Shown here one piece after another: positions 17,312 through 27,855 of a DNA stretch of 64,000 bases. Numbering within the stretch: position 1 is the stretch's first letter; each line of letters starts with the position of its first letter. The notes under the pieces were generated by a model, which was not told the origin of the DNA, did not search any database, and saw only the letters and a list, made by a program, of their open reading frames with translations. The translations under genes were made by a program, and so were the position numbers. The DNA is from an uncultured Candidatus Saccharibacteria bacterium (GTDB lineage Bacteria > Patescibacteriota > Minisyncoccia > Phycocordibacterales > Phycocordibacteraceae), in NCBI GenBank assembly GCA_964548265.1, contig CAZJPR010000003.1, forward strand, positions 279 to 64,278. Direction: 5' to 3'.

Positions 17312-17417
17312 CGATACCATATATATACCAGGATTCAGGGGAAAGGCAAGTCAAGCAGCTTCTTTTCCCCTCAGTAAGTAACTACGCCGTGTATTCACGC
17401 TATACTCTTCTATAGTT

Positions 17418-19169
17418 ATGAAGGTCTCTGAGAAGGAACTGAAGGAATTTATCCTCGATTCGGGACTCGTGTCTCGTAAGGACCTCGAGTCTGCTGAGGA
17501 AGAAGCTGCCGAACGCAAACAGTCGGTGGGCGATATTCTCGTGTCTCGTGGAGGACTCTCCGAAGATGCGCTTCGCCGCATCAAAGCATACGTGCTTGGT
17601 ATTCCGTTCGTGAACCTGAAGGACCGGAAGATTTCGGCAGATATCCTCTCCTTAATCCCGGAACCGATTGCTCGTACGCACAACCTCATTGCCTATGAAA
17701 AGAAGGGCGAGGAGCTTGAGGTGGCCATGCTTGATACCGAGGACTTGCCCGCTATCGACTCAGTCCGTAAGAAGACGGGGCTCAAGATTCTCCCGCGCCT
17801 CACTGACGAAGAATCTCTGAAGAATGCATTGCTGCAGTACCAGAAGTCTCTCAAGGAAGAGTTCGGTGACCTCATTGCCACCGAAGCAGGGAAGATAAAG
17901 ATTGTTAAGGAAGCAGAAGGACAGGAGCACTCCGGAGAAGACTTGAAGAAGATGGCAGAGGACCTGCCAATTGTGCGCATCGTCGACACACTGTTGAAGC
18001 ACGCCATCGTGCAGAAGGCCTCCGACATTCACATTGAGCAGCTCGAGCTCGAAGTACTCGTACGCTATCGCATCGACGGTATTCTCCACGACGCGATGAC
18101 GCTCCCTAAAGTTGCGGGCCCTGGCATCGTTGCTCGTATCAAAGTGCTCGCGAACCTCAAGCTTGATGAGAAGCGTCTTCCGCAGGACGGGCGTTTCAAG
18201 ATGGAAACGGAGAGCGACAAGGTCTCCTTCCGTGTATCGCTTCTTCCAACCTACTTCGGTGAGAAGATTGTGATGCGTCTTCTTCGAGAGACAGGAGAAG
18301 GATTCACGCTTGAGAAACTTGGCTTCCATGGCGAAGGCCTTGAGCACATCCACAAGGCGACCAAGGCGACCACCGGCATCATCCTCGTCTCAGGCCCTAC
18401 GGGGTCCGGTAAGACGACGACCTTGTATACGATCCTCGATATTTTGAATACGCCAGACGTAAACATTTCGACGATTGAAGATCCAATCGAGTACCAGATG
18501 CCACGCGTGAACCAAACGCAGGTGAACCCTGTAATTGGCTTCTCCTTCGCGAACGGACTGAGGGCCCTTCTTCGTCAGGACCCGAACATCATCATGGTGG
18601 GAGAGATCCGTGACGGCGAAACCGCCTCGCTTGCAATCAACGCGGCACTCACCGGCCACATCGTGCTTTCAACCATTCACACCAACTCAGCTACCGGCGC
18701 CATTCCACGTCTCATCGACATGGGGGTCGAGCCCTTCCTTCTCGTCTCGACTCTTCGTGTGGTGGTGGGCCAGCGCCTTGTACGCCAGCTGACCGACAGC
18801 AAGGAGCAGTACTCTCTCAGTAAAGAAGAGCGTGCCAAAGTTACCGATGAAGACCACTTCGAAGCTGCGCTTAAGGCACTCGCCGAAGAGAAGCTTGTTA
18901 AGAGCGGCGCCAAGCTCGACACGCTTCCGTTCTACCGTCCCAAGGCAAGCGACAATAAAGATGATGGTTACGAAGGCCGCATCGGCATCCACGAGACACT
19001 CGTCATAACTCCAACGATTCGCGATCTCATCATGCACAGTGCTACCGGCGACGCGATTGAAGCTCAAGCTCGCAAAGAAGGCATGATGACCATGCTTGAA
19101 GACGGTGTCTACAAGAGTGCGAAGGGAATTACCTCATTGGAGGAAGTATTGCGAGCGGTGTCGGAGTAA
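17418..19169 (+). CDS. pilB: Type IV pilus / T2SS assembly ATPase (PilB/GspE family)
   Basis: ASDIHIE, RLPQDGR, GPTGSGKTTTLY, TIEDPIEY, LRQDPNIIMVGEIRD, TGHIVLSTIHTN. Confidence 0.92.
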   Translation: MKVSEKELKEFILDSGLVSRKDLESAEEEAAERKQSVGDILVSRGGLSEDALRRIKAYVLGIPFVNLKDRKISADILSLIPEPIARTHNLIAYEKKGEELEVAMLDTEDLPAIDSVRKKTGLKILPRLTDEESLKNALLQYQKSLKEEFGDLIATEAGKIKIVKEAEGQEHSGEDLKKMAEDLPIVRIVDTLLKHAIVQKASDIHIEQLELEVLVRYRIDGILHDAMTLPKVAGPGIVARIKVLANLKLDEKRLPQDGRFKMETESDKVSFRVSLLPTYFGEKIVMRLLRETGEGFTLEKLGFHGEGLEHIHKATKATTGIILVSGPTGSGKTTTLYTILDILNTPDVNISTIEDPIEYQMPRVNQTQVNPVIGFSFANGLRALLRQDPNIIMVGEIRDGETASLAINAALTGHIVLSTIHTNSATGAIPRLIDMGVEPFLLVSTLRVVVGQRLVRQLTDSKEQYSLSKEERAKVTDEDHFEAALKALAEEKLVKSGAKLDTLPFYRPKASDNKDDGYEGRIGIHETLVITPTIRDLIMHSATGDAIEAQARKEGMMTMLEDGVYKSAKGITSLEEVLRAVSE

Positions 19170-19172
19170 TAC

Positions 19173-19763
19173 ATGTTTGGTATCGCCTTCGTTCACTGGC
19201 TCGTCATCCTGAGCGCGTTCATCAGCCTTACCGGCTCGATTGCCTATATCCGCGACACGATAAAAGGGACGACAAAGCCAAACCGTGTCTCCTATTTTGT
19301 ATGGGCACTTGCTCCATTGCTTGGAGCAGCAGCTGCAGTTGCTGCTGGCGCCGACCTCTGGGCTACCGTTCGTGTATTCGTTTCTGGGTTAATCCCGCTT
19401 GTCGTACTCATCGTTTCGCTTTTCAATCCACAAAGTTACTGGAAGCTTACGCGGTTCGACCTGATGTGTGGTGCGGCAGCGCTCGTCGCACTTGGGTTCT
19501 GGCTCCTGGCTGATTCTCCGGTCATTGCCATTCTCTTCTTCGCTATTGCCGACGGGTTCGCGCTTATTCCGACGTTAATTAAAGCGTGGAGGTTCCCAGA
19601 AACGGAGACAGGCTATGCGTATATTGCTGGCCTTATTGCAGTACTCTTGGTCATCCCTTCAATTCCTGTGTGGAACATCGAGAACTCGGCGTTCCAAATC
19701 TACTTGCTCATCGCGAACATATTGCTTATTGCTTGCGTGTACCGCAAGAAGCTGTTTCGCTAG
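19173..19763 (+). CDS. Multi-pass membrane protein
   Basis: About 6-7 hydrophobic segments; YIRDTIKG.TKPNR.S and IPTLIKAW..PETE motifs. Confidence 0.75.
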   Translation: MFGIAFVHWLVILSAFISLTGSIAYIRDTIKGTTKPNRVSYFVWALAPLLGAAAAVAAGADLWATVRVFVSGLIPLVVLIVSLFNPQSYWKLTRFDLMCGAAALVALGFWLLADSPVIAILFFAIADGFALIPTLIKAWRFPETETGYAYIAGLIAVLLVIPSIPVWNIENSAFQIYLLIANILLIACVYRKKLFR

Positions 19764-19778
19764 CGGTATACTTACTGC

Positions 19779-20120
19779 ATGCTTGCCACCGCACTCCTCT
19801 TCTTTGTCTTAAGTATCATTACCTACACGCTCGTTGCGTGGTTCGGACAATTGACCGGGGGAAGTACCGGCACGTTCTGGCAGGATGTGCTCTCTATCTT
19901 CAAACCGTTACCGCTTCTCATTATCCTAGTCAGCAACGCCTTCTTCGCTGCGGCACTCTCGATGGGCTTCAAGCTCTCTCCCTATGCGGTGCCCATGTCC
20001 ATTGCCATCGGTGTCATCGCCTCCTTTATATACTCAACTCTGTTTCTCGGGGGAGTGGTGACGTGGGTGAAAGTCGTAGGCGTGGGTGCGATTCTCATCG
20101 GTATCTATCTTCTCAAGTAG
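19779..20120 (+). CDS. Small 4-TM membrane protein (DMT/SMR-like)
   Basis: 113 aa, four hydrophobic helices, ends KVVGVGAILIGIYLL. Confidence 0.65.
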   Translation: MLATALLFFVLSIITYTLVAWFGQLTGGSTGTFWQDVLSIFKPLPLLIILVSNAFFAAALSMGFKLSPYAVPMSIAIGVIASFIYSTLFLGGVVTWVKVVGVGAILIGIYLLK

Positions 20121-20141
20121 TGAGTACGAGCTTTATGTAAC

Positions 20142-20170
20142 AAAACCGCGCCCTTGGGGGCGCGGTTTTT
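20142..20170. terminator. Bidirectional terminator
   Basis: AAAACCGCGCCC-ttgg-GGGCGCGGTTTT between convergent genes. Confidence 0.8.
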
Positions 20171-20199
20171 GTAAGACGGTAGTTCGCTATGCAACGTGA

Positions 20200-20844
20200 T
20201 TAGTCGTCGTCTTCCTCGTCATCATCATCGTCGTCGTCGTCATTTCCGTGACCGCTGTTGTCATCATCTTCGTCTTCATCATCGTCGTCGTCCGAATCAT
20301 CATCTCCTTTGTCATCACAGTCTTCACCGTCAGAATCGTCGACCGTCTTATCGGAGGCACGACTAGCACGATCTTCCTCCTCAACTTCAAGTGCATCATC
20401 GACATCGGCCTCATCAAGTTCATCGTACTCTTCGAGGAGCGCGTCAATAATCTCTGCGCGGGAGTCAGCGTCGGTTATAAAGATCTCTGTGTCGCCATCG
20501 ATGGTAACTTCCACAACTGTCTCGTTCGTGAAGATATCTGCCTCAAGTTCGAGTTCGCCACTTGCATCACAACTGTCGCTATCGTCATCAGAGTCATCGG
20601 AGTCATCATCCGAAGTCGTCATTGGGACTCCACGCTCCTTCATGATTACTTCGAGCTGCTGGGTGAGGAGCTTGATGAGGTCCTCAAGAAGACGAATTAT
20701 GCTGTCATTCGAGGTCGTAGAAACGGCGGATCCGTTCGTCTCAGCCCGAACTGGCTGGATACCGACAGCCCCGAAGACGCTAAGCGTAAGGGCGGCGGCA
20801 ACCATGAAGGCTGCAAATTTCTTGTGTAGTGGTTCTTTCTGCAT
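20200..20844 (-). CDS. Secreted highly acidic protein
   Basis: Signal peptide (VRA-E), short coiled coil, poly-Asp tracts flanking an acidic globular segment; likely start ATG 20844. Confidence 0.7.
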   Translation of the reverse strand: MQKEPLHKKFAAFMVAAALTLSVFGAVGIQPVRAETNGSAVSTTSNDSIIRLLEDLIKLLTQQLEVIMKERGVPMTTSDDDSDDSDDDSDSCDASGELELEADIFTNETVVEVTIDGDTEIFITDADSRAEIIDALLEEYDELDEADVDDALEVEEEDRASRASDKTVDDSDGEDCDDKGDDDSDDDDDEDEDDDNSGHGNDDDDDDDDEEDDD

Positions 20845-20984
20845 ACAATCAATGTTAGTAGGGTAATGCTTCCCAGTGTTGAGGACAAACACTCTGGGAG
20901 AAGCAGGGTAGCTTCTTGAATAAGTATACACGATGAAGATTCCTGCTGACCAGTCTGTAGTCTTCGCGTGCTACTATTTCGTAA

Positions 20985-22196
20985 GTGAAATTTCGCGTCA
21001 CCCTCACCAAAGAAGACGGTTCAACCGAAAAACGCGCCGTTGAGGCTCCATCTCGATTCGCTGTCTACGAACTCATCGAGAAAGAGGGCGCTCACGTCGT
21101 CTCTGTTGAAGAGGGTGGTTCTCTTGCGCTCCCATCGTGGGCCAACCTCAAGCTCTCAAGCGGCATCAAGTTCGAGGAACGCATCATCCTCACCAAGAAC
21201 CTCGCGGCCATGCTCGCGGCAGGTCTCACGCTTTCCCGCACGCTCTCGGTCATCGAGCGCCAATCAACCAACAAGTTCCTCAAGGAAGTGGTGAGCGATT
21301 TGGAGCAGGAAGTGAAGAAGGGAACCTCTTTCCACGAAGGCCTCGCAAAGCATCCCAAAGTATTCTCCAAGCTTTTCATCGCCATGACCAAAGCAGGCGA
21401 GGAGTCCGGAACGCTCGCTGAAGCGCTGAAAGTGGTTGCGCGCCAGATGGATAGGGCCTACACACTCGAGAAGAAAGTGAAGGGCGCCATGATTTACCCC
21501 GCCATCATTCTTATGGCGGTGATCATCATCGGTGTACTCATGATGATTTATGTGGTGCCGACACTCTCTGCGACCTTCGCGTCATTAGGGGTCGACCTCC
21601 CGGCTGCAACTAAGGCAATTATTGGCGCCTCAGATTTCATGGCCTCCCATGCCATGTTGACCTTGGGTGGCGTCGGGCTCTTCTTCCTTGCTCTCTATTT
21701 TTTCTTCAAGAGTAAGCCAGGAGCAGCGGCACTCCTTGCGGTTGCACTTCGCGTTCCCGTCATCGGGGACTTGGTTCGCGAAACCATGAGCGCACGCGCT
21801 TCTCGCGCACTTGCCTCGCTCCTTTCATCGGGTGTAGAAATGCTGACCGCCATCGGCATCGCGGAAGAGGTTGTGGGAGACAATCGTTTCGGAAAAGTGC
21901 TCGGAGAGGCAGGTGTGCGCGTGAAGAAAGGGGAATCACTCTCTGTTGCGTTCTCCGAACACCCGAAACTCTACCCAGTGTTTATTGTCGACATGATTGC
22001 CGTGGGGGAGGAGACCGGTAAGGTCGCCGACATGCTCGGCCAGGTAGCTGACTACTACGAGACGGATGTGGAGGAACGCACAAAGGACCTCTCAACCATT
22101 ATCGAGCCGATGCTCATGCTCTTCATTGGTGCGGTGGTGGGCGTCTTCGCTATCTCCATGATTTCTCCTATTTACTCACTTTCCGACAAGATCTAG
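20985..22196 (+). CDS. pilC: Type IV pilus platform protein (PilC/GspF family)
   Basis: AGEESGTL, KVKGAMIYP, VGEETGKV, IIEPMLML, MISPIYSL. Confidence 0.93.
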   Translation: MKFRVTLTKEDGSTEKRAVEAPSRFAVYELIEKEGAHVVSVEEGGSLALPSWANLKLSSGIKFEERIILTKNLAAMLAAGLTLSRTLSVIERQSTNKFLKEVVSDLEQEVKKGTSFHEGLAKHPKVFSKLFIAMTKAGEESGTLAEALKVVARQMDRAYTLEKKVKGAMIYPAIILMAVIIIGVLMMIYVVPTLSATFASLGVDLPAATKAIIGASDFMASHAMLTLGGVGLFFLALYFFFKSKPGAAALLAVALRVPVIGDLVRETMSARASRALASLLSSGVEMLTAIGIAEEVVGDNRFGKVLGEAGVRVKKGESLSVAFSEHPKLYPVFIVDMIAVGEETGKVADMLGQVADYYETDVEERTKDLSTIIEPMLMLFIGAVVGVFAISMISPIYSLSDKI

Positions 22197-22221
22197 ACCT
22201 TTAGTGCGTTATCATACGTGC

Positions 22222-23682
22222 ATGAGTCCTTTCCGGGGCATGACGTTCATCGACACCCTCGTCGGGAGCGCCCTTGTCCTCATCGTGTTCCTTGCCTTCT
22301 TTGGTTTGCTGCGCGCCTCGCTCTTAGTCTCCGGAGTCGCGAAAGCAAAGGCAGGCGCCACCGCCGTCGCCAACGCACAGGTTGAATACATTCGCTCACT
22401 CGACTACGGAAACGTAGGGACCGTAGGCGGTATCCCTGCAGGCGTTGTGCCGCAGTACGCGACGACGACTCTCAACAACATCGACTACGTTACCCGCACC
22501 TTCATTGAGTATGCCGACGACCCTGCCGACGGCAGTGGGGCGTCCGACAGCAACGGCATCATTACCGACTACAAACACATACGCGTTGCCGTGACCTACA
22601 CCGTGCGCGAACAGACCCGAGAAGTTTCGCTCGTTTCAAACCTCGTACCCCCTTCAATTGAGACCACGAGTGGCGGTGGAACGTTGCGCGCTAACGTAGT
22701 CGACGCCACAGGACTTCCTGTATCAGGCGCATCGGTTCGTGTTGTAAACGCAGCCACCAGCCCAACCATTGATGTCACCACCTTCAGCAGCGCCGCAGGT
22801 GTTGTTGACCTTCCAGGAGCACCTGCTTCTGACCAGTACGAAATATATGTATCTAAGATTGGTTATTCCTCGGCCCAGACCTATGAACGCGATGCAACTA
22901 ACGCAAACCCGACGCCTGGCTACCTCACTGTGGTTGCCGACTCCACTACCGCAAGCACCTTCGCGATTGATCTGCTCGCCACCCTAACCCTCAGAACCTT
23001 CTCACCAATTGCACCAAACGCGTTCACTGATTCCTTTGATGATCTGTCGGGCCTCGTCTCAAGTCCCAACACGCAAGTGACTAGTGGCGCACTCACGCTC
23101 TCGGGAACTACTGGGACCTACGCTGCTAGCGGAAGCGCACAGGCTTCGACCACCGAACCTCTGTATCTCGCTACCTGGGAGAGTGCGACAGCAACGCATG
23201 TCGAGCCAGCAGGAACAGACATTCACTTTAGCGTCGCGACAGAAGACGGCACACCACTTCCGGACGCGGTAGTGCCTGGAAATTCAACGGGCTTCACGGG
23301 AACCGTGTCCCTCTCAGGGGTCTCCACCACCACCTACCCAGCATTAACCCTCGTAGCTTCACTCTCTTCGGGCGACCCAAATGTCACGCCGCAGTTCCTC
23401 GATTGGACGATTAATTATACGGAGGGTCCACTTCCGCTCCCGAACGTTCCGCTCACCATCACCGGAGCGAAGACGATAGGATCGACAAGCGGGGGAGCCG
23501 CTATCTACAAGACCGAGATTGCAACCACGACCGACGCCTCTGGTGTGCGCACGATGATGCTTGAGTGGGATTCCTATGATGTGGTTCCGACGGGCTACAT
23601 CATCGACACCCTTGAGAGTTCCGAGGTCCCGATTGAGGTCCTGCCGGCCTCAACCGTCACGGGCACTCTGCTCCTTAACTAG
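22222..23682 (+). CDS. Large minor pilin (PilV-like) with beta-rich/carboxypeptidase-regulatory-like domains
   Basis: Class III signal RG-MTFIDTLV, E.IRSL.Y..VG..GG.P.G, Thr-rich extracellular domains. Confidence 0.75.
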   Translation: MSPFRGMTFIDTLVGSALVLIVFLAFFGLLRASLLVSGVAKAKAGATAVANAQVEYIRSLDYGNVGTVGGIPAGVVPQYATTTLNNIDYVTRTFIEYADDPADGSGASDSNGIITDYKHIRVAVTYTVREQTREVSLVSNLVPPSIETTSGGGTLRANVVDATGLPVSGASVRVVNAATSPTIDVTTFSSAAGVVDLPGAPASDQYEIYVSKIGYSSAQTYERDATNANPTPGYLTVVADSTTASTFAIDLLATLTLRTFSPIAPNAFTDSFDDLSGLVSSPNTQVTSGALTLSGTTGTYAASGSAQASTTEPLYLATWESATATHVEPAGTDIHFSVATEDGTPLPDAVVPGNSTGFTGTVSLSGVSTTTYPALTLVASLSSGDPNVTPQFLDWTINYTEGPLPLPNVPLTITGAKTIGSTSGGAAIYKTEIATTTDASGVRTMMLEWDSYDVVPTGYIIDTLESSEVPIEVLPASTVTGTLLLN

Positions 23683-23683
23683 T

Positions 23684-24265
23684 ATGAGAGGCTTCACACT
23701 CATGGAGACACTCGTGGTAATCGCAATCGTGGGCACTGCAGGTATCGCGCTCACGACCGCGCTGGTCGACTTCTACCGTCAGAACACCTATATCTTCGAG
23801 TCCTCGACCTCGCTTGAGAACTCACGCCGTGCGCTCCTTACCTCAGTCGGCAACTTGCGCGAGGCTACCTATGGTGAAGACGGCGGGTACCTTATCCTTT
23901 CCGCCGCCACCTCCACCGTTACGTTCCATGCCGACATCGATGCCGATGGTCCGGTGGAGAAGATACGGTTCTATCTCAATAACGGCACCTTCTATCGCGG
24001 CGTCACCAACTCGGCTGGAAATCCTCCGTCGTATTCCGGGCAGCCTGAAGTCACGGCCACTGTGATTGCGTATGTACGAAATGCAACCTCCACACCCATC
24101 TTCAGCTACTATGATTCAAGTGGGGCGCAGCTTACCGCTCCCGTTGATGTGAGCGCCATTTCCCAGGTCACAGTGCGCGTCGACACCGACCTGAACCCAC
24201 TGCGTGCTCCAGAAATTTTCACACTCACCGGCCGCGCCACGCTTCGTAACCTCCTCAACCAATGA
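23684..24265 (+). CDS. Minor pilin (PilW-like)
   Basis: MRG-FTLMETLVVIAI prepilin motif; C-terminal ATLRN. Confidence 0.85.
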   Translation: MRGFTLMETLVVIAIVGTAGIALTTALVDFYRQNTYIFESSTSLENSRRALLTSVGNLREATYGEDGGYLILSAATSTVTFHADIDADGPVEKIRFYLNNGTFYRGVTNSAGNPPSYSGQPEVTATVIAYVRNATSTPIFSYYDSSGAQLTAPVDVSAISQVTVRVDTDLNPLRAPEIFTLTGRATLRNLLNQ

Positions 24266-25683
24266 ACATGAAAGCCCCACGAGGTTATCTGATGTTGCTT
24301 GCGATTGTCTTCGGCGCAATCTTCTTCACGGTACTTGGTGCGCTCTCAAGCTATGTGCTCACTGAAAACAAACTGCAAAACGCCGGCCACGCGCAGGCTC
24401 GGGCGCTCTCCATTGCAGAAGCCGGGCTTGAGTACTACCGCTGGTTTCTGGCGCACTATCCTAATGACCTTCAAAACGGCACTGGCGTAGCTGGTCCGTA
24501 CATCATCCCGTACAACGACCCGGAAGGCGGCGTGACGGGGACCATCTCACTTGCTATCACCGGCAACACTTCCTGCGGACAGGTGACCTCAGTCGATATC
24601 ACTTCAACTGGCACGGCTAATGGTTCCCCGAGTGCCACGCGTGCGGTCTATGCTCGCTACGCGCAGCCTTCAGTCGCACGTTATTCCTATATCCTCAATG
24701 ATTCAGTGTGGGCAGGTGATGACCGCATCATCAATGGTCCCTACCACTCTAACGGCGGCATCCGCATGGACGGCACCGCCAACTCTTCGGTAACGAGCTC
24801 TCTTTCAAGCTGGAACTGCACCAGCAGCTACGGCTGCAGTCCTGCAAGCTCTTCGGCTTCCGGGGTAGTGGGAAGTGGCCCGAACCAAGATCTCTGGAGT
24901 TGGCCAGTGCCACAGGTGAACTTCGCCGGTATTGCGGCAGACTTCGGGACACTTAAAACACTTGCCCAGGCGCAGGGAATCTACTATCCACGCTGGAGCA
25001 CCACCAACAACCCAAACACAGCCGCCTACTGGCATGGCTACCACCTCATCTTCAACAGTAACGGCACCGTGACGGTGAGACGTACCACCTCGACTACTCG
25101 ACTCGACGTCACGCCAGTTAATAGTGCGGACGATGATGAAGACCGTGCGCTCATCAACAACGAGACTAACTACGAAACTCGCACTATCCCCGCCACCTGC
25201 GGTCTCATCTTTGTTGAGGACCACGTTTGGATTGAAGGAACGATTCCACAGAAGGTGACCGTGGTCGCGGCCAATGTGGTGAATGCCGGCATTGCACCGA
25301 ATGCGTATCTTAAGAACAACATCGTGTACGGAGCTACCGATGGCACTGACGGCCTCACGGTTATTGCCGAACACAACGTGCTGGTAACCCCAGACTCACC
25401 GAACAACATGACCTTAAACGGTATATTCATCGCCCAGGGTGGAGCCTTTGGTCGTAACTACTATGGAGGCTCTTATGACCCTCGAGGGACGCTTACTATT
25501 CTTGGCACTACGGTTTCTAATAAAAGAACGGGAACGAAGTGGTGCCTTAACGGAAGCTGTACGTCCTACGGAGGCTACGGCACCCGCATCGACTCCTATG
25601 ACCGACGTCTTGCGAACGATCCGCCGCCTTTCACGCCGCTGGTGTCGACCGATTACGAGTTCGTGGAGTGGAGGGAGAAGTAG
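24262..25683 (+). CDS. PilX-like minor pilin
   Basis: RG-YLMLLAIV (no Glu5), A.SIAEAGLEY, GPYHSNGGI, YDRRL...PPPFTP...WRE. Confidence 0.82.
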   Translation: MNMKAPRGYLMLLAIVFGAIFFTVLGALSSYVLTENKLQNAGHAQARALSIAEAGLEYYRWFLAHYPNDLQNGTGVAGPYIIPYNDPEGGVTGTISLAITGNTSCGQVTSVDITSTGTANGSPSATRAVYARYAQPSVARYSYILNDSVWAGDDRIINGPYHSNGGIRMDGTANSSVTSSLSSWNCTSSYGCSPASSSASGVVGSGPNQDLWSWPVPQVNFAGIAADFGTLKTLAQAQGIYYPRWSTTNNPNTAAYWHGYHLIFNSNGTVTVRRTTSTTRLDVTPVNSADDDEDRALINNETNYETRTIPATCGLIFVEDHVWIEGTIPQKVTVVAANVVNAGIAPNAYLKNNIVYGATDGTDGLTVIAEHNVLVTPDSPNNMTLNGIFIAQGGAFGRNYYGGSYDPRGTLTILGTTVSNKRTGTKWCLNGSCTSYGGYGTRIDSYDRRLANDPPPFTPLVSTDYEFVEWREK

Positions 25684-25770
25684 TACAAGTTGTTGTTTGA
25701 CAGCCTTCGTGGGCGGTTCATAATTTGCCTTGGAACTCAGGGGCATCTTATTACTTGAATAGTTACTTAC

Positions 25771-26916
25771 ATGGATAACTTTCCGAAGTGGGTGTGGATT
25801 GTAGTGCTTGTGGTTGTGGTTGGTGGAGGATGGTATCTAACAAAAGGAGGTCAGCCAGCGACAGTTGAAGGGCCTGTAAAGGTGGGCGTTATTCTCCCAC
25901 TCACTGGGGACGCAGCTGCGTACGGAGAACCTCTAGGAAAAGCACTGGAGCTTGCAGCTGAAGAAATCAATGCTGCCGGTGGAGTGAACGGATACCCGAT
26001 TGAATTCGTCATGGAAGATGGAAAGTGTGACGGGACTGCAGCCGCAAACGCTGCACAGAAACTCGTGAACGTTGACGGAGTAGAGGTCATTATTGGCGGC
26101 TTCTGTTCCAGCGAGTCTCTTTCGGCAGTTCCAATTGCTGAGGGAGGGAAGGTGGCTATGATTTCTGGCGGGTCCTCGAGCCCGAAATTGACGGATATAA
26201 GCAAGTACTACGTTCGTAACTACCCTAGCGATTCTGCACAGGGTTCAGTACTCGCAAATATCGCGTACACAGACAAGGACTGGAAGAAGGTAGCGTTTAT
26301 CCAGGAACAAACCGACTATGCAGTTGGCGTCTACACTGCATTCAGCGAGAAGTTCAGCGAGCTTGGAGGAACAACGTTAAACGAGTCGTTTGCAACTGAA
26401 ACGACCGATTTCCGTTCTATCCTTACGAAACTCAAGGACCAGAATCCTGATGCGCTCTTCATAAGCGTACAGACCCCCGCTGTGGCGTCTCGTATTCTTA
26501 CGCAGCTCGGCCAGCTCGGCTGGAAGCCAAATCTTATGGCGGCAGACGTGATTCCTGGCGACCCTACCCTCGTGTCTGAAAACGCAGCGGCGTTGGAGGG
26601 TACGCTCACGGCAGAATTCACTGCAGACCCAAATAATCCAAAGTTCTCTGCGATGGTCGCAGCGTACGAGGCAAAGAATGGTCAGCTCCCGTACCAGGGA
26701 TACGCAAGTACGGTGTACGACACCGTATACCTTGTACGTGATGCAGTAGTAGCGGTTGGTTATGACGGAACGAAAATCGCCAACTGGCTACGCACAGAAG
26801 TGAAAGATTGGGAGGGTGCCGCAGGCTCTATCACTATCGCTGCCAATGGTGATCCTCTCACCGGACACCGTGCAGAAGTGATTACGGGCGGAAAGGTGGT
26901 TCCTTACGTAAAATAA
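25771..26916 (+). CDS. livK: Branched-chain amino acid ABC transporter substrate-binding protein
   Basis: KVGVILPLTG, EINAAGGVNG, EDGKCD, IIGGFCSS, TDFRSILTK. Confidence 0.88.
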   Translation: MDNFPKWVWIVVLVVVVGGGWYLTKGGQPATVEGPVKVGVILPLTGDAAAYGEPLGKALELAAEEINAAGGVNGYPIEFVMEDGKCDGTAAANAAQKLVNVDGVEVIIGGFCSSESLSAVPIAEGGKVAMISGGSSSPKLTDISKYYVRNYPSDSAQGSVLANIAYTDKDWKKVAFIQEQTDYAVGVYTAFSEKFSELGGTTLNESFATETTDFRSILTKLKDQNPDALFISVQTPAVASRILTQLGQLGWKPNLMAADVIPGDPTLVSENAAALEGTLTAEFTADPNNPKFSAMVAAYEAKNGQLPYQGYASTVYDTVYLVRDAVVAVGYDGTKIANWLRTEVKDWEGAAGSITIAANGDPLTGHRAEVITGGKVVPYVK

Positions 26917-26928
26917 AGAACTCTTTTA

Positions 26929-26963
26929 GAAACCGGCCGCCACTATGGCGGCCGGTTTCGTTT
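26929..26963 (+). terminator. Hairpin/terminator after livK
   Basis: GAAACCGGCCGCCA-cta-TGGCGGCCGGTTTC. Confidence 0.7.
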
Positions 26964-26976
26964 ATACTAGTGGCAC

Positions 26977-27852
26977 ATGGACATTGTCCCCCAACTCGTC
27001 GTAAATAGCGTCATCGCCGGGTCGCTCTACGCGCTCATCGCAATGAGCTTCAACCTGGTATTCGGGGCTACCCGCTTCTTTAACCTTGCGCACGGTGTGC
27101 TTGGAGCGATCGCCGCTTATACCGTCTTCTTTATCGGCATGACGCTCAAGCTCCCACTGCTGGTAGCAGTCATCGGTGGTGTCGTGGTTGGTGCTGCGGT
27201 CGGCTACGGACTTGAGCGCCTTATTTATCGACCGCTCAGAAAGCGAGGCGGCTCCAGCCTCGTACTGCTTGTCGCTTCACTTGGCGCCTTTACGGCAATC
27301 GAAGCGTTCATCGCTATCTTGTTCACCAGCCAGTTCCGCACGCTTTCAGCACTCGTAGGACCCACCGGCTCCTTGAATCTAGGCGGCGGAATCATGACCT
27401 ATGTGCAGGTCGCAATGTTCTCTTCGGCTGTCGGGGTGTTGATTCTTCACTGGATTCTCCTCACGAAGACTTCCTTCGGTCGCGCCGTGCGTGCTGTCTC
27501 AGACGACGAAGAAGTAGCAAAGATTGTAGGAATCGATACGAACAAGATTATCGGCCTCATATTTATTGTAGGTTCTGCAGTCGCTGCTCTTGCGGGCATC
27601 TTCGCTGGGATGGATACCGGTATCGAGCCGCGCATGGGCTTTATTCTGCTTCTTAAGGGAGTCATCGCCGCCATCATCGGCGGAATGGGCAGTGTGTACG
27701 GAGGATTCCTTGGTGCCTTCATTCTTGGCTTCGCGGAGAACTTTGGCATCTGGCACATCTCCGGAGAATGGAAGGACGCAATAGCTTTCGTGATACTTCT
27801 TATCTTCCTCCTGGTTAGGCCTCAGGGGATACTAGGGAAGAAGAGAGCATAG
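26977..27852 (+). CDS. livH: Branched-chain amino acid ABC transporter permease
   Basis: GSLYALIA, FNLAHG, GRAVRAV, AAIIGGMGS, RPQGILG. Confidence 0.92.
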   Translation: MDIVPQLVVNSVIAGSLYALIAMSFNLVFGATRFFNLAHGVLGAIAAYTVFFIGMTLKLPLLVAVIGGVVVGAAVGYGLERLIYRPLRKRGGSSLVLLVASLGAFTAIEAFIAILFTSQFRTLSALVGPTGSLNLGGGIMTYVQVAMFSSAVGVLILHWILLTKTSFGRAVRAVSDDEEVAKIVGIDTNKIIGLIFIVGSAVAALAGIFAGMDTGIEPRMGFILLLKGVIAAIIGGMGSVYGGFLGAFILGFAENFGIWHISGEWKDAIAFVILLIFLLVRPQGILGKKRA

Positions 27853-27855
27853 CTT

